From NCBI GenBank assembly GCA_951406725.2, contig OX597827.1, positions 48,732,001 through 48,796,000 of the forward strand: a stretch of DNA of 64,000 nt, read 5' to 3'. Positions 40,082 to 53,348 of the stretch are shown one piece after another (within the stretch, counting starts at the first letter, position 1; the number at the start of each line of letters is the position of its first letter). The position numbers and the translations under genes were made by a program. The notes beneath the pieces are model-generated. The model was not told where the DNA came from. It saw only the letters and a program-made list of their open reading frames with translations, and ran no database searches. Source of the stretch: Octopus vulgaris (taxonomy: Eukaryota).

Positions 40082-40474
40082 ACATATATCATAACCCGTA
40101 TATATCATAGACTTAAAGGAATGCCTGTGTGTTGACACACACTGACGTACATATACATGTGTATTGTTCTATGGACAGCATCTGTCAACAAGTGGAGAAC
40201 TTCGTCATTACCGGACAATTTTCTTTCAGTGAATAGGTCAAATATTGACTGTTATTATAAATAAATGTTCTCAGTTCTATTTTTTTACTTACTTTTTAGT
40301 GCAGAAAAGCAAGCCTAAATTAGATTTCCCTATTGGGAAAATACTAGAAAATTCTGTCAGTTCAATTTAAAAAAGAAAAAAGATTAATTGTCTTCGAAAA
40401 TTAATATCGAATGCCATCAAATGACAATCAATGCTATTTGTTTTCCCTAATATATATATATATATATATATATA

Positions 40475-40582
40475 GGCGTGACTGTACGGTACGTAGCTTG
40501 CTTGCCAATCACAGTTTCGGTTTCGGTCCCACGACCGAAGACTTGTGAGTGGATTTGGTAGAAGAAAACTGAAAGAAATACG

Positions 40583-40667
<85 letters not shown>

Positions 40668-40875
40668 AACAGAAACATTCATGTGTGTATGTTTCTATCT
40701 CTGTGTTTGTCCCCCTACCATCGCTTGACAACCGATGCTGGTGTGTTTACGTCCCCGTAACTTAGGGGTTCGGCAAAAGTTGGCGATGAAATAAGTACTA
40801 GGCTTACAAAGAATAAGCCCTGGGGTCGATTTTCTCGACTAAAGGCCGCAGTCAAATAACTGAAATAAGTAAAAC
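40475..40875 (+). mobile_element. SINE family A with deletions
   Basis: Homology to 22968-23457. Confidence 0.8.
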
Positions 40876-41239
40876 AGAATATATATATATATTCCTGTCT
40901 TGTGACTTATACTCGGACCAGTTCAGTTTTTATATATGTTTCATTTTTGCTATCAAAGTACTCCAATAATGAAATAATATACGCTTGACAAGAAGAATAA
41001 AGCTAAATACGAAATCGAGTCAATTTTCTGATATAGAATAATTGTCTGAAAAACAGTATCTTTCCGTGTATATGAGTGTTTAAGTGTGTGAGTCTGTGTT
41101 TGTGTGTATACAGAGCAAAACAGCGAGACACAATGTGATAAGTTTAGACTGTTGGATTACGTTTCAATCACAGATTTACTCATAACAAATTGATGGGCTT
41201 AAGGCTATAGGGTGCGTCGACATTATATACATATATACA

Positions 41240-41306
<67 letters not shown>

Positions 41307-41367
41307 ATATCTATCTATCTATCTATAAGCATATATGAATATATATATATGGTGAGGGATATGTATG

Positions 41368-41407
<40 letters not shown>

Positions 41408-41508
41408 CATATATGCGTATATGTAAGTATTTATATGTATTCATATATAAACATTGATATATATATATATATGTGTGTGTCTGTATATATATGTATATAT
41501 ATATACAC

Positions 41509-41586
<78 letters not shown>

Positions 41587-42398
41587 TTGCGCGTACACAC
41601 ACACATACATATATACACTCACAAACACACACATATATATATACTTACATATATAAAGACATACATAAAACATAAAACAAGTACATACATCTGTACACAT
41701 ATATACAAAATGTGAGATAGGAAAAGATATAGATGTATGTGTATAAATATAAATATAATTTCAGTACGTAGGCATATATATATATATATATGGATTAATT
41801 TTACAGAAAATATTCGCACTGAACCTAATATGTGATGTTATTAAATTTACAATATATGTATAACCAAATAAAAATAACTAATAAAAAAAAATGGTAAATG
41901 AGATCTAATAAAATTTTAAAAAATAAATTTTTGTGAAAAATTACTGAATAATAATACCGATGATTGCCATTTGATTTCGTTTGATACCTCGACAATTAAT
42001 CTTTATTTTTGAATTAAACTGACAGATTTTTCTGGTAGACTCCCAAAGGAAAATCTAATTTGGTCTAGTTATTATTTTTTTTTTTTTTACTTCTGCTCAA
42101 AATAAATAATCCTGTACATTTTCTACATTTATTTATAATATTAATCAATATTTAACCTACTCACGGGAAGAAATTTTGCCCGATAATATCGGGTTTGTCT
42201 ACAAGTTGATAGAAACTGTACACACGAACATTGATATATCTCGTATAGATATATGCATATAGTCACATAGAAAGGTAATTTATAAATATATGCATACATA
42301 CACACATATGTATGTATGTGTGTATGTATGTATGTATGTATGTATATATATGTATGTATGTGTGTATGTATGTATGTATGTATATATATGTATGTATG

Positions 42399-42441
<43 letters not shown>

Positions 42442-42471
42442 ATATGTACGTATGTATGTATGTATATATGT

Positions 42472-42511
<40 letters not shown>

Positions 42512-43076
42512 ATGTATATATATACATTTTTGTGTCTATGTTTGCATGTGTATTTCGTGGGGAATGTTTGTAAGTGTATATCAACGTGTGAATCTGTTTG
42601 CGTCTGTACAGTCGTTTGTGCATCTAAACAACCTGTGTGTAGATGGATACATACATACAAACATACAAACAAACATACATACATACATACATACATACAT
42701 ACATACATACATACATACATACATACATACATACATACATACATACATACATTCATAATGGAGAGATAAATCATTTCGCCTTTTAATAAATGCCAAGTGA
42801 TATATTTATAAAATCATTCGTTGACCGTTTTCCACTTTTTTTATAATCAGATATTGGCATGAGACTGATATCCAGGAATATAATTTTCTTCTGTGGAATG
42901 TATGATTTAATTTTTATCTGGAATAATGCCATGCGATTTATTACGACGATATTTTTAAAAACTCATAAAATAGATGCTTTTTTAAGATACACAAAATGTG
43001 CAACGAATCAAAGTGTCTCCTGCTCATTTACCGTTCATTACCGAGATTATACTTAATTAGATAATCTAAATACCAC

Positions 43077-43149
<73 letters not shown>

Positions 43150-43169
43150 TATATACATACATACATACA

Positions 43170-43200
<31 letters not shown>

Positions 43201-43320
43201 GTGTATCTGTGTATATATGCATACCTATGTGTATTTACGTATATACGCATATATATTCGTATATGAATATACAGATATATACGTAGACAGCGAGATAGAT
43301 TATTTGATACATATAAGCAG

Positions 43321-43500
43321 GCGCGGCTATGTGGTAAGAAGCTTGCTTCCCAACCACATGGGTCCGTGTTCAGTCCAAGTGATTAGCTCTTTAGGCAAGT
43401 GCTTCCTATTATAGCCTCCAGCCGACTAAGTCTTTGAGAGTGGATTTGCTGGGTCCCCGTAACTCAATGGTTCGGCAAAAGATACGGACAGAATAAATGC
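43321..43500 (+). mobile_element. SINE family A, internally deleted
   Basis: Head joined directly to the GTCCCCGTAACT..GGTTCGGCAAAAGA segment. Confidence 0.7.
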
Positions 43501-43594
43501 CAGATATATAGATAGGTGTACATACATACAAACATGCATGCATAATACATAAATACATATTTGCAGACATAATACAACCACGAAAACACACACA

Positions 43595-43670
<76 letters not shown>

Positions 43671-44195
43671 TGTGTTGTGTGTGATGAATACAGACACAAA
43701 TATTTAAAGACTTGCAAGTACATATGCAATGATCGCTGAGCGTCTTCTACCAGACTTTTTCTGTTTAGGATCTGCACGTACAACACACGCCCAGAAATAT
43801 CTGTTGGTACTAGTACAAGAAACAGCACTTGATATAATGTTTGCTTCTCCAAGATCACTATTGCGGTAACGATAATGTTACTAGAGTGAGGTCAACTGTA
43901 ATTAAAAGGTGGTGGTCTCCTCCAAAATCTCATAATCAAGAAAACCTATTAAAGAAGCAGCAACACCAAATTCAAGTAACAGCTCGTCTATCTCACTTAC
44001 AGATATTAAATTAGCAGGGCCTTGCCAATGTTACAACTACTTTCCACGATGTTTTTAAAGAATGACTACATCGTTCTCCTCACAATTACTATTGCAAAGC
44101 TGAAAACATTACAGTTTATTATGAATATATAAAACAGATTAACATTATCGACCATTCGCCCCGGAGTCTTGTGTGTTATGTTGTTAGTAATGATA

Positions 44196-44393
44196 GGCGC
44201 AGGAGTGGCTGTTTGGTAAGGAGTTATAGGCGCAGAGGTGGCTGTGTGATAAGTAGCTAGCTTATCAACCACATGGCTGGAGGTTCATTCCAACTGCGTG
44301 GCAACATTGATAAGTGTCTTCTACTATAGCCTCGGGCCGACCAAAGCCTTGTAAGTGGATTGGGTAGACGGAAACTGAAAGAAGCTCGTCGTA

Positions 44394-44442
<49 letters not shown>

Positions 44443-44635
44443 GTGTGTATATGTTTGTGTGTCTGTGTTTGTCCCCCCAACATCACTTGACAACCGATGC
44501 TGGCGTCTTTACGTCCCCATAACTTAACGGTTCAGCAAAAGAGACCGATAGAATAAGTAGTATTCTGGGTTCGATTTGCTTGACTAAAGGCGGTGCTCCA
44601 GCATGGCCGCAGTCAAATGACTGAAACAAGTAAAA
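44196..44635 (+). mobile_element. SINE family A, full length with duplicated 5' tip
   Basis: TAGGCGCAG..GTGGCTGT occurs twice, followed by a full body and tail. Confidence 0.88.
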
Positions 44636-45216
44636 TACTAAAAGAGAAATGACAGTGAACTACTTGTTAGGGTCAAAAGAGAAAAGGAAACACCATTGTT
44701 ACTCCAACAGCTTTTTTTTCTTCTTTTTTTTGTGATGACGACTCATACCAAACGAATAGTAAGAGTTGGTCTCATCATATGTGAATAGGAATGATATATA
44801 GGAATGGATATTGGCCAGAATAAATGTTCTCATTTGGTAGTCAATTGTAGAAATATTGTTTAGCCGACAAAGAAAATAGATATCATTGGATTGTCTTTTG
44901 ACGAATAAGCAGATAAACAATTTCAGAAAAACGTGTTGCAATTATACAATCGACAAGCAGGGCTAGGAAAACCAGTGTATTAGCAAATGAAAAGGACATG
45001 GCACAGCATCAAAATAGAATGACATGAAAGCAAAATGCAAATTTAAATCCGGACATAATAGCGAAGCCGAACAATGGAAGCAAAACTGCGACCGAAATGT
45101 TAAGTGAAACGAAAATGATCATAGACAATAGTTCAGTAAAACATTTTGGAAACTGGCAAATGCAAATGAATACGATAAACATTCATAATACAATGTAATG
45201 TTCCATCATCTGTATG

Positions 45217-45366
<150 letters not shown>

Positions 45367-45382
45367 TATATATATATTTATA

Positions 45383-45452
<70 letters not shown>

Positions 45453-45975
45453 GTAATATGTTTATATATAATGTATCAGGTATGCAACATGCATATATAT
45501 ATATAAATATGTATATATGGTTCCGTTTTCAGCAGAGAAAGACGTGATTGCCTTTGCTCTGTGAAAAAGTCTGCATAGAACGGCGAAATAACCCACTGTA
45601 GTTGCAAAACGTAAAACTCTAAGTCATAGAGATCACTACAACACTTTGGTTAAAAATATTTTTAAAAATATATATATAAATATATACATATACACAGTAA
45701 TTTTCATTTTCGCCGAAACGCACATGGTGCAAAAATAACTGAATCAAGTTATCTCCTGCAAGAAAGAAAAAAGAAGCATCTCTCCCGAAAAAAATCCCGT
45801 AAACCAAAAAAATTATCCAGACCACATTGTTGGATTAAGTATCAATTTCATCTATTTCATATTTTATTTATTATTCTATTTTATCTTTCACTTAGGCCCA
45901 CATCTTAGTTAAAGTTGCGATCGTCATTTGGTTTGTTTACATTTTCAATAACTGTTCTCGATATAATAATTTTCC

Positions 45976-47112
45976 AGATACTCTATCTTCTAATTAGCCT
46001 TAAGATTAAATTAAATAACGTTTAATATTGATACCGTCAAATTAGCCTTAGGATTAAATTAAATAACGTTTAATATAGTTTAATATTGTTAATAATTATT
46101 GTTAATTAGCCTTAAGATTAAATTAAATAACGTTTAATATTGTTTTAATATTGTTAATAATTTTTCAGATACTCTATCTTCTAATTAGCCTTAAGATTAA
46201 ATTAAATAACGTTTAATATTGTTAATAATTATTGTTAATTAGCCTTAGGATTAAATTAAATAACGTTTAATATTGTTTAATATTGTTAATAATTACTGTT
46301 AATTAGCCTTAAGATTAAATTAAATAACGTTTAATATTGTCTAATATTGTTAATAATTATTGTTAATTAGCCTTAAGATTAAATTAAATAACGTTTAATA
46401 TTGTTTAATATTGTTAATAATTATTGTTAATTAGCCTTAAGATTAAATTAAATAACGTTTAATATTGTTTTAATATTGTTAATACTTCTTCAGATACTCT
46501 ATCTTCTAATTAGCCTTAAGATTAAATTAAATAACGTTTAATATTACCCACACTCTAATATAATATTAACATTGCTAATATATTTTCAGATACTCTATCT
46601 CCTGATTAGCCTTAAGATTAAATAACGTTTTTATCCACACTCTAATATAATATTAATATTGCTAATATATTTTCAGATACTCTATCTTCTAATTAGCCTT
46701 AAGATTAAATTAAATAACGTTTAATATTAATAACGTCTAATTAGCCTTAACATTAAATTAAATAACGGTTAATATTGCTTAATATTGTATATATAATTTT
46801 TCAGATACTCTGTCTTCTAATTAGCCTTAAGATTAAATTAAATAACGTTTAATATTACCCACACTCTAATATAATATTAATATTGCTAATATATTTTCAG
46901 ATACTCTATCTCCAAATTAGCCTTAAGATTAAATAACGTTTTTTTACCCACACTCTAATATAATATTAATATTGCTAATATATTTTCAGATACTCTATCT
47001 CCTAATTAGCCTTAAGATTAAATAACGTTTTTACCCAAATAACGTTTTTACACAAACTTTAATATTGTTAATATTTCTTTTTCAAGTACTCTATCTTCTA
47101 ATTAGCCTTAAT
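45976..47112. repeat. Modular AT-rich minisatellite upstream of LINE ORF1
   Basis: Recurrent AATTAGCCTTAAGATTAAATTAAATAACGTTT core interspersed with CAGATACTCTATCT and CCACACTCTAATATAATATT modules. Confidence 0.9.
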
Positions 47113-47172
47113 ATCTTCCTGTCTTCTCTCGAACATAATTAGATAGATAAACGGATAGACGGATTATCCAGC

Positions 47173-47889
47173 ATGTCCAGAGCATGGAGACGTGACGAGC
47201 TGGATTTATTCGTACGAGCATGGGAGTGCGCCGGCGGAGATAGCCCTAGCGAGGTGATTGCGGCTGCGCTGAAGAGCAGAGGCTACAAGAGGACAGCGGC
47301 TCAGATGGAGCGAAAGAGACAGGAATTCGTGCGCTCATATGCGCTTGTACGGTCGCACATTGGCGCACTTGATGCCATCTTTGAGAACGAGCGGGGCAAA
47401 GATGGCAAGAATGGAGACGATGAAAGAAGTCACCCCCACCTGGTGGACGCCCAGGAGGAGGTTTTGAATGAGAAACCTGCCCGGGAAGTGAACCCAGGTG
47501 CAAGTTCTCCAACCGGCAGCAAGGGCCATGGAGACGGAGAACCCGGTGAAGAGGTAGAGGGAGGAAGAAAAACTAAAAGAAGGACTGGAAGAGCTAAAGG
47601 AAAAGAAAAAGCTCAAGCAGGACCAAAGAGTGAAACAACCAGGAGTAGAAGTGGAACCGCAAAGGATGGAACCAAACAGCGCACACGGGTGTGTATGTCC
47701 TACCTGAGAGGTTCCTGCTGGACACGGAAAGGAAGGTGCAGGCTGCCGCTTTGCACATCGGGGACCCTGCCACAGAGACACGAGGCAGATGGACAAACCA
47801 TCAACACAAAGAAAAGGGATGGACTACGCACCACCTGCCCCAAAGCGGAGGTACGCAGATGTTGTGCGCGCCACAAACAGCCAACATGA
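47173..47889 (+). CDS. LINE ORF1: Myb/SANT-like (trihelix) domain plus CCCH zinc finger, probably frameshifted near 47722
   Basis: WRRDELDLFVRAW..IAAALKSRGYKRTAAQMERK..Y pattern. Removing one A at 47722 gives CMSYLRGSCWHGKEGAGCRFAH. Confidence 0.7.
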   Translation: MSRAWRRDELDLFVRAWECAGGDSPSEVIAAALKSRGYKRTAAQMERKRQEFVRSYALVRSHIGALDAIFENERGKDGKNGDDERSHPHLVDAQEEVLNEKPAREVNPGASSPTGSKGHGDGEPGEEVEGGRKTKRRTGRAKGKEKAQAGPKSETTRSRSGTAKDGTKQRTRVCMSYLRGSCWTRKGRCRLPLCTSGTLPQRHEADGQTINTKKRDGLRTTCPKAEVRRCCARHKQPT

Positions 47890-50800
47890 TGTTGTCGAAA
47901 GAGCAGCTGCTGAGCAACAATCTTTTTGTGCATGGCACAAAAGATTGTACAGCAGCTGACCTGGCTTCATCAAACCCAAGCCCGCAGGTGGGACTACCCA
48001 CTATATACCAGACCACCACAGCAAACAGACACAGGATGGACACCGCCGGCAACAACGTACACCTCACCTCGATACTCCTACTGAACATCAGAGGACTGCA
48101 AACACTCAGTAACAGGACAAAGATCCCGTTCCTGAGAGACTTTGTTGCATGCAATCAAGCCTTATGCATAGCACTTACAGAAACGCACCTGAAACCGGAC
48201 ATAGCAGATGCGGAGTTACACATACCACAGTATGCTGTACTACGGACCGACAGGAAAGAAAGGAGTCATGGAGGTGTTGCTATGTACATCCGTGAGGACC
48301 TCACACCCCAGGTCCTCTTGTCATACTCAAACTCGGTGTGTGACACACTAATTGTACATATTAGGCAACTTGATGTAGTTGTGTGTGCTACATATCGCCC
48401 TCCAGATGCCCCAAGCCATGTGGGCAAGTTCGAAGACTGCCTTATAAAAATAGAAGAAATTCTAACCACATTAGAACAACACATAGGTGTGCTTCTTATG
48501 GGAGACTTCAATCTGCCCAATGTCAGATGGCCCGAGGGCCTTTCTCTCCCAGGAATGACAAGATGGGAACGAGGACAGGCGAGGTCCCTCCTGAACCTCA
48601 TCAACACCCTGTACATGGAGCAGGTAATACTCCAACCAACCAGGGCAGGTAACACACTGGATCTCTGCTTCACAAATGACATGGATCTCATCCATAATGT
48701 GAAAGTGACACCGACACTACTCTCGGATCACAACATGATAGAGCTGACCATGTACGGGCCAAAAGAGAGCACGGACATGCAGCCTACAAGAAACCCTCAA
48801 AATCTTTCCAGCTTGAACTACCATAAGGCAAACTGGAAACAAATTGAGAAAGAGATCCTCAAACAAAACTGGCCTGAATGTCTCTCCTCGCCAGACATCG
48901 ACGTGAAACTTCAACAATTCATGTCTGTAATGCAAGCCATATGCTACAAATGTGTCCCAGAGAGAAAGGCCACTGTACACAAGAACAAAATCCCCAGAGA
49001 GAGGAAAATTTTAATGAGACGGCGTACGAAATTTTCAAATCGCCTAAACAAACAGATTGAAAGCAGTGAAAAGTCCCGCCTAAAAATAAAACTGTTGGAA
49101 ATCGAAAAATGTCTGCAACTCTCCCATGAAAAAGAAAGAGCAGACAAAGAAGCCTGGGCTATAGAAAACATAAAATCTAACCCCAGAGCTTTCTACAGGT
49201 ATGCCAAAGAAACAGCTACAGTGCACTGTAGAATAGGGCCACTCCTTGAAAAGGATGGCACACTTACAGGAAAACCAATGAGGGTAAGTGAAATACTGAA
49301 TGAGCAATTCAAGAGTGTTTTCACTCCACCCCTTGGGCATCTCCAAATCACCAATCCAACTGACTTTTTTACCACTGCAGATATAAAATCAGAGGCGGCG
49401 ACGATAGATTACATCGATATAAAGGAAGACGATGTAACCAAGGCTATAGATGAAATGAAAACAGACTCAGCTACTGGCCCCGATGGATTCCCGGCAATCC
49501 TCCTAAAAGCATGTAAGAGAGTCCTAGCAAGACCACTGCAGTTCCTCTTTCAGAGCTTCCTTGCAGCTGGCAAACTTCCAGGAAAACTGAAGGAAGGTAA
49601 AATATGCCCCATTCATAAAGGAGGTAGCAGAGCGGAAGCCAAGAACTATAGACCTATCTCTCTGACCTCACACATCAGCAAGGTCATGGAACGAATAGTC
49701 AGAAGGAAGCTGATTACCTTCCTTGAAGAGAATGACTTGCTGCCCGACACCCAACATGGTTTCCGACCAGGGAGAAGCTGTTTAACTCAGCTCCTACAAC
49801 ACTATGACTGGGTGCTGAAACGGCTGCTCAACCACTCAAATGTGGAAGTGATATATCTCGACTTTGCAAAGGCCTTTGATAAAGTCGATCATGGAATGAT
49901 ATGTCACAAACTGCGTGATCTCAACATAGTTGGAAAACTGGGAGAATGGCTTCATGACTTTCTGAAGGATAGAAGTCAGGTGGTAGTAGCCAATGGGGCC
50001 ACCTCCATTAACACACAAATAGTGAGCGGTGTTCCGCAGGGCACTGTTCTGGGACCACTACTGTTCATAATGGCCCTCTCAGACATGCCCTCAGCCACGC
50101 AGAGAGCCACGATCACAAGTTATGCAGATGATACAAAAGTCTCACAGGCAATACAGAACCCTGAGGACACTAAACACCTGCAATGTGAGCTGGACGAAAT
50201 ATACAAGTGGGCTGAAAAGAATAGCATGCAGTTCAATGCTGGAAAGTTTCAAGCTTTATACTATCAGCATGCAAAACTGAATGCAATACCCAATGAATAC
50301 ACTGGACCCGGAGGGATTGCAATCCCAGAGGCACAATCAGTGCGTGACCTGGGTATTCACATGAGTGATGACGCGACCTTTCATGTACATGTTGCTAAAC
50401 TGACAATGAAATGTAGACGGCTGGCTGGATGGATTCTTAGAACCTTTAGAACAAGAGAACAAGAAACCATGATGGTCCTCTGGAAGACACTTGTCCTAAG
50501 CCACTTTGACTATTGCTCTCAGCTATGGTCACCATCCAGTGTCAAGTTGATCACAGAACTTGAGGCGATCCAACGAAGCTACACAAAGAAGATAGCCTCT
50601 ATGCAGAATGTAAGCTACTGGGAAAGACTCAAGAGATTAAAATTATATTCCCTGGAGCGTAGGCGGGAAAGATATGCCATAATATACATCTGGAAGATCC
50701 TGGAGGGAAGTGTCCTGAACTTTGGCATCGAGAGTTACGCAAATGCCAGAACTGGGCGCCACTGCGTGGTGCCTAGGACTCCAAACCTGCCATCAAGATG

Positions 50801-50969
50801 TAGGACAAGATTCTGTGATAGCCTGGGCTTCCGAGGCCCACAGCTCTTCAATATCCTCCCGAAGAACCTGAGAGACCTGCATGGGGTGGATACAGATGTC
50901 TTTAAAATGAAGCTGGATCTCTTCCTGTCAGGTGTCCCAGATGAACCAACTTCACGGCAGGAGGGGTAG
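47691..50969 (+). CDS. LINE ORF2: APE endonuclease + reverse transcriptase (true start likely ATG near 47887 or 48036)
   Basis: NIRGL, LTETHL, GGV, YRPP, GDFN, TLDL, SDHN, then GPDG, NYRPISL, QHGFR, LDFAKAFDKVDH, GVPQGTVLGP, YADD, DLG, YCSQLWSP, LYSLERRR. Uninterrupted frame. Confidence 0.96.
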   Translation: MYVLPERFLLDTERKVQAAALHIGDPATETRGRWTNHQHKEKGWTTHHLPQSGGTQMLCAPQTANMMLSKEQLLSNNLFVHGTKDCTAADLASSNPSPQVGLPTIYQTTTANRHRMDTAGNNVHLTSILLLNIRGLQTLSNRTKIPFLRDFVACNQALCIALTETHLKPDIADAELHIPQYAVLRTDRKERSHGGVAMYIREDLTPQVLLSYSNSVCDTLIVHIRQLDVVVCATYRPPDAPSHVGKFEDCLIKIEEILTTLEQHIGVLLMGDFNLPNVRWPEGLSLPGMTRWERGQARSLLNLINTLYMEQVILQPTRAGNTLDLCFTNDMDLIHNVKVTPTLLSDHNMIELTMYGPKESTDMQPTRNPQNLSSLNYHKANWKQIEKEILKQNWPECLSSPDIDVKLQQFMSVMQAICYKCVPERKATVHKNKIPRERKILMRRRTKFSNRLNKQIESSEKSRLKIKLLEIEKCLQLSHEKERADKEAWAIENIKSNPRAFYRYAKETATVHCRIGPLLEKDGTLTGKPMRVSEILNEQFKSVFTPPLGHLQITNPTDFFTTADIKSEAATIDYIDIKEDDVTKAIDEMKTDSATGPDGFPAILLKACKRVLARPLQFLFQSFLAAGKLPGKLKEGKICPIHKGGSRAEAKNYRPISLTSHISKVMERIVRRKLITFLEENDLLPDTQHGFRPGRSCLTQLLQHYDWVLKRLLNHSNVEVIYLDFAKAFDKVDHGMICHKLRDLNIVGKLGEWLHDFLKDRSQVVVANGATSINTQIVSGVPQGTVLGPLLFIMALSDMPSATQRATITSYADDTKVSQAIQNPEDTKHLQCELDEIYKWAEKNSMQFNAGKFQALYYQHAKLNAIPNEYTGPGGIAIPEAQSVRDLGIHMSDDATFHVHVAKLTMKCRRLAGWILRTFRTREQETMMVLWKTLVLSHFDYCSQLWSPSSVKLITELEAIQRSYTKKIASMQNVSYWERLKRLKLYSLERRRERYAIIYIWKILEGSVLNFGIESYANARTGRHCVVPRTPNLPSRCRTRFCDSLGFRGPQLFNILPKNLRDLHGVDTDVFKMKLDLFLSGVPDEPTSRQEG

Positions 50970-52446
50970 ATGAGGGCAGCTGCATCGAACTCTCTCATGC
51001 ACCAAATAGCAGTTGCTAGAAAGCCCCCATGAAGTGAAACCAAGTAGCAACACCAAATGGCGGTGCCCCAGCATGGCCACAGCTCATAAGCTGAAACTAG
51101 AATCAATCAATCAATCAATCATATAGCTATACAGATTTGTGTATATTTATATATAGGTATATTTGCATGTACAAACAGCAAACACAGATGAATTGATATG
51201 TATTTACATAAATTTATACATGCAATAATACATATATACATACATATACACATACGTACATCCTCACACACACACACAGATACACACATACATAATCGTA
51301 TTTTAGTACGCAAATGAATATCCAGCTAATGAGTTTTTTTGTCACTCCATAATGGTTATATTATACATAAAAATATCTTTAATTGTTCTTTAAACTAAGA
51401 AAAATAACAAAGAATCCAATTAAATATATTTTGCAAACTATTTTATCAATTTAGCAAAGTCAAAAGCTGGATTCTTCCTTTCTAATTGACCATGTCGTCA
51501 AACTTCAGGATCCATTTGATAAGTAAACAATTCTATCAATATAATACCACGGTGATGATATCCCATTACTCACGTTTAATGATTACCAGCTTACTCATGA
51601 AATATGGGTTTTTGTTTTGTTTTTTATATACACAAATATACAATAGGAAATTCGAAAATATTGAAAAATTATGAAAAGAAATAGTGAGGAACAGTTATTA
51701 TGAGAGACGTGACAAGCGAGAATTCATTGTTTCAAATGTAGTTTCCTGATGGTTTTGCACATAATGCTATTATGTACGAATAAATAAACCAAGCAGATAT
51801 ACTGCGTCAGCAGGAATGTTGAAATATTCGCTTGAAAGGTGACGCGAGCGTAAAACGGATACGTGACGGGTGTTGTTATCTGGTCTCCAAAGAGAGTTTC
51901 TGATTAATGCTATTGTCCAAGATATAATAAAGGATTTCCTATAAAACACACTATTTTTACTACAATTCAGTGATTTCCCTATAACTAATGACCCATAGTC
52001 ATCGTTCTCGAGTTAATGATTTCTATGATATGTTTGTCGTTCGGAATGTTTTCGTTTCGGCTCCCTTTGTGTAGTTTCGAATATTGCATAGGTACAAGAA
52101 TCCCTTTTACGTATTTGGGATTCAGTCCCACTAAGGAGCAATTTACTAACGTGTCTTCTAGTATATCCACGGGTCGACTAATGCATTGTCTGTAAATTTT
52201 GTTGAGGGAATCTGTATGGAAGTGTACGCACGCATACATACATAAATACATACATACATACATACATACATACATACATACATACATACGTAGATATATA
52301 CATACATACATACGTACTTACATACGCAGATACACATACACGCACATATATATATATATACATATATATACACATACATATACATACATATATATGGATA
52401 TATATGTACATATAACTATATGTGTGTGCGGGTGTGTGAATATCGT

Positions 52447-53017
52447 GGAAGCACCATCTGTAAATGATGGTGGCGCGAAAGTTGACGTTGTAACTCATTT
52501 GGGACAAGATTCAGGTGTATTCAAAATACTTTGCCCAGTGTGATCCAATAGTTCCATCACCAACGATGTAAAAATATATTGAATGAAGTGCTTACTGCTA
52601 TCCATGTGCGAAACGTCGAAAAGCAGCAGCTAGCATCACCAGCAAACTTGATGTGTTCCAAAGGCCATGCATTCGTGTTATACTTGGAATATCGTGGAGG
52701 GACTCCGTCAGAAATGAGTTAATGCGCTGGTCAGGGGTAGGCATCTTATTAGATATCGTCAAGAAGTGAAGGCTGCGATTCATCTGACATATAAAACGGC
52801 TACCGGAACACAGGCTGCTAAATACTGCTTAGACATGGACACCGGCCGGGAGCCAGCGAAGGAGAGGAAGACGCCCAAACACTGGCGCCGTACTTTTCAC
52901 GAGGATTTACGGAAAATACAATTGACCTAGAATGATGCAAAACGGACAGCAGCAGATCGCACTCATTGAAAGCAACTCGTCGTCTAAGGGTCCGTTAGGA
53001 ATAGAAGGGAGTAAGAC
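52447..53017 (+). pseudogene. Old RTE-clade LINE 3' fragment
   Basis: Stop-ridden frames NDGGAKVDVVTHLG..LDVFQRPCIRVILGISWRDSVRNE..RLRF..HIKRLPEHR..WTPAGSQRRRGR..WRRTF..AADR. Confidence 0.75.
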
Positions 53018-53141
53018 TATGTGTGTGTGTATGTGTGTGTGTATGTGTGTGTGTTTGTGTGTTAAATAAAATGAGTCAAAAAGCCAAGGCTTTGTGAAAT
53101 TTTCAGGACATATATAAAGAGAAAATTAGTCTTACAGCTGT

Positions 53142-53175
<34 letters not shown>

Positions 53176-53233
53176 GGTAGGTAGGTAGGTAGGTAGGTAG
53201 GTAAGTAGGTATATATACATATATACATACATT

Positions 53234-53280
<47 letters not shown>

Positions 53281-53283
<3 letters not shown>

Positions 53284-53310
53284 CAGTGGAATTCAGCCAT
53301 GCTGGGACAC

Positions 53311-53348
<38 letters not shown>

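Larger units (their letters stand above)
45519..51120 (+). mobile_element. CR1-group non-LTR retrotransposon (LINE), apparently near full length. 5' boundary inferred
   Basis: ORF1, APE-RT ORF2, short 3' UTR and (AATC)5 tail at 51101-51120. The 5' end is placed at the end of the (TA)-rich tract. Confidence 0.85.

Noticed and set aside
44700-45180. Possible ancient RTE LINE relic
   Set aside because: Only faint motif resemblance, not supportable by eye.
53105-53142. AGTCTTACAGCTGTT, 3' half of a hammerhead like 39584
   Set aside because: Truncated by (TA)n before the core.
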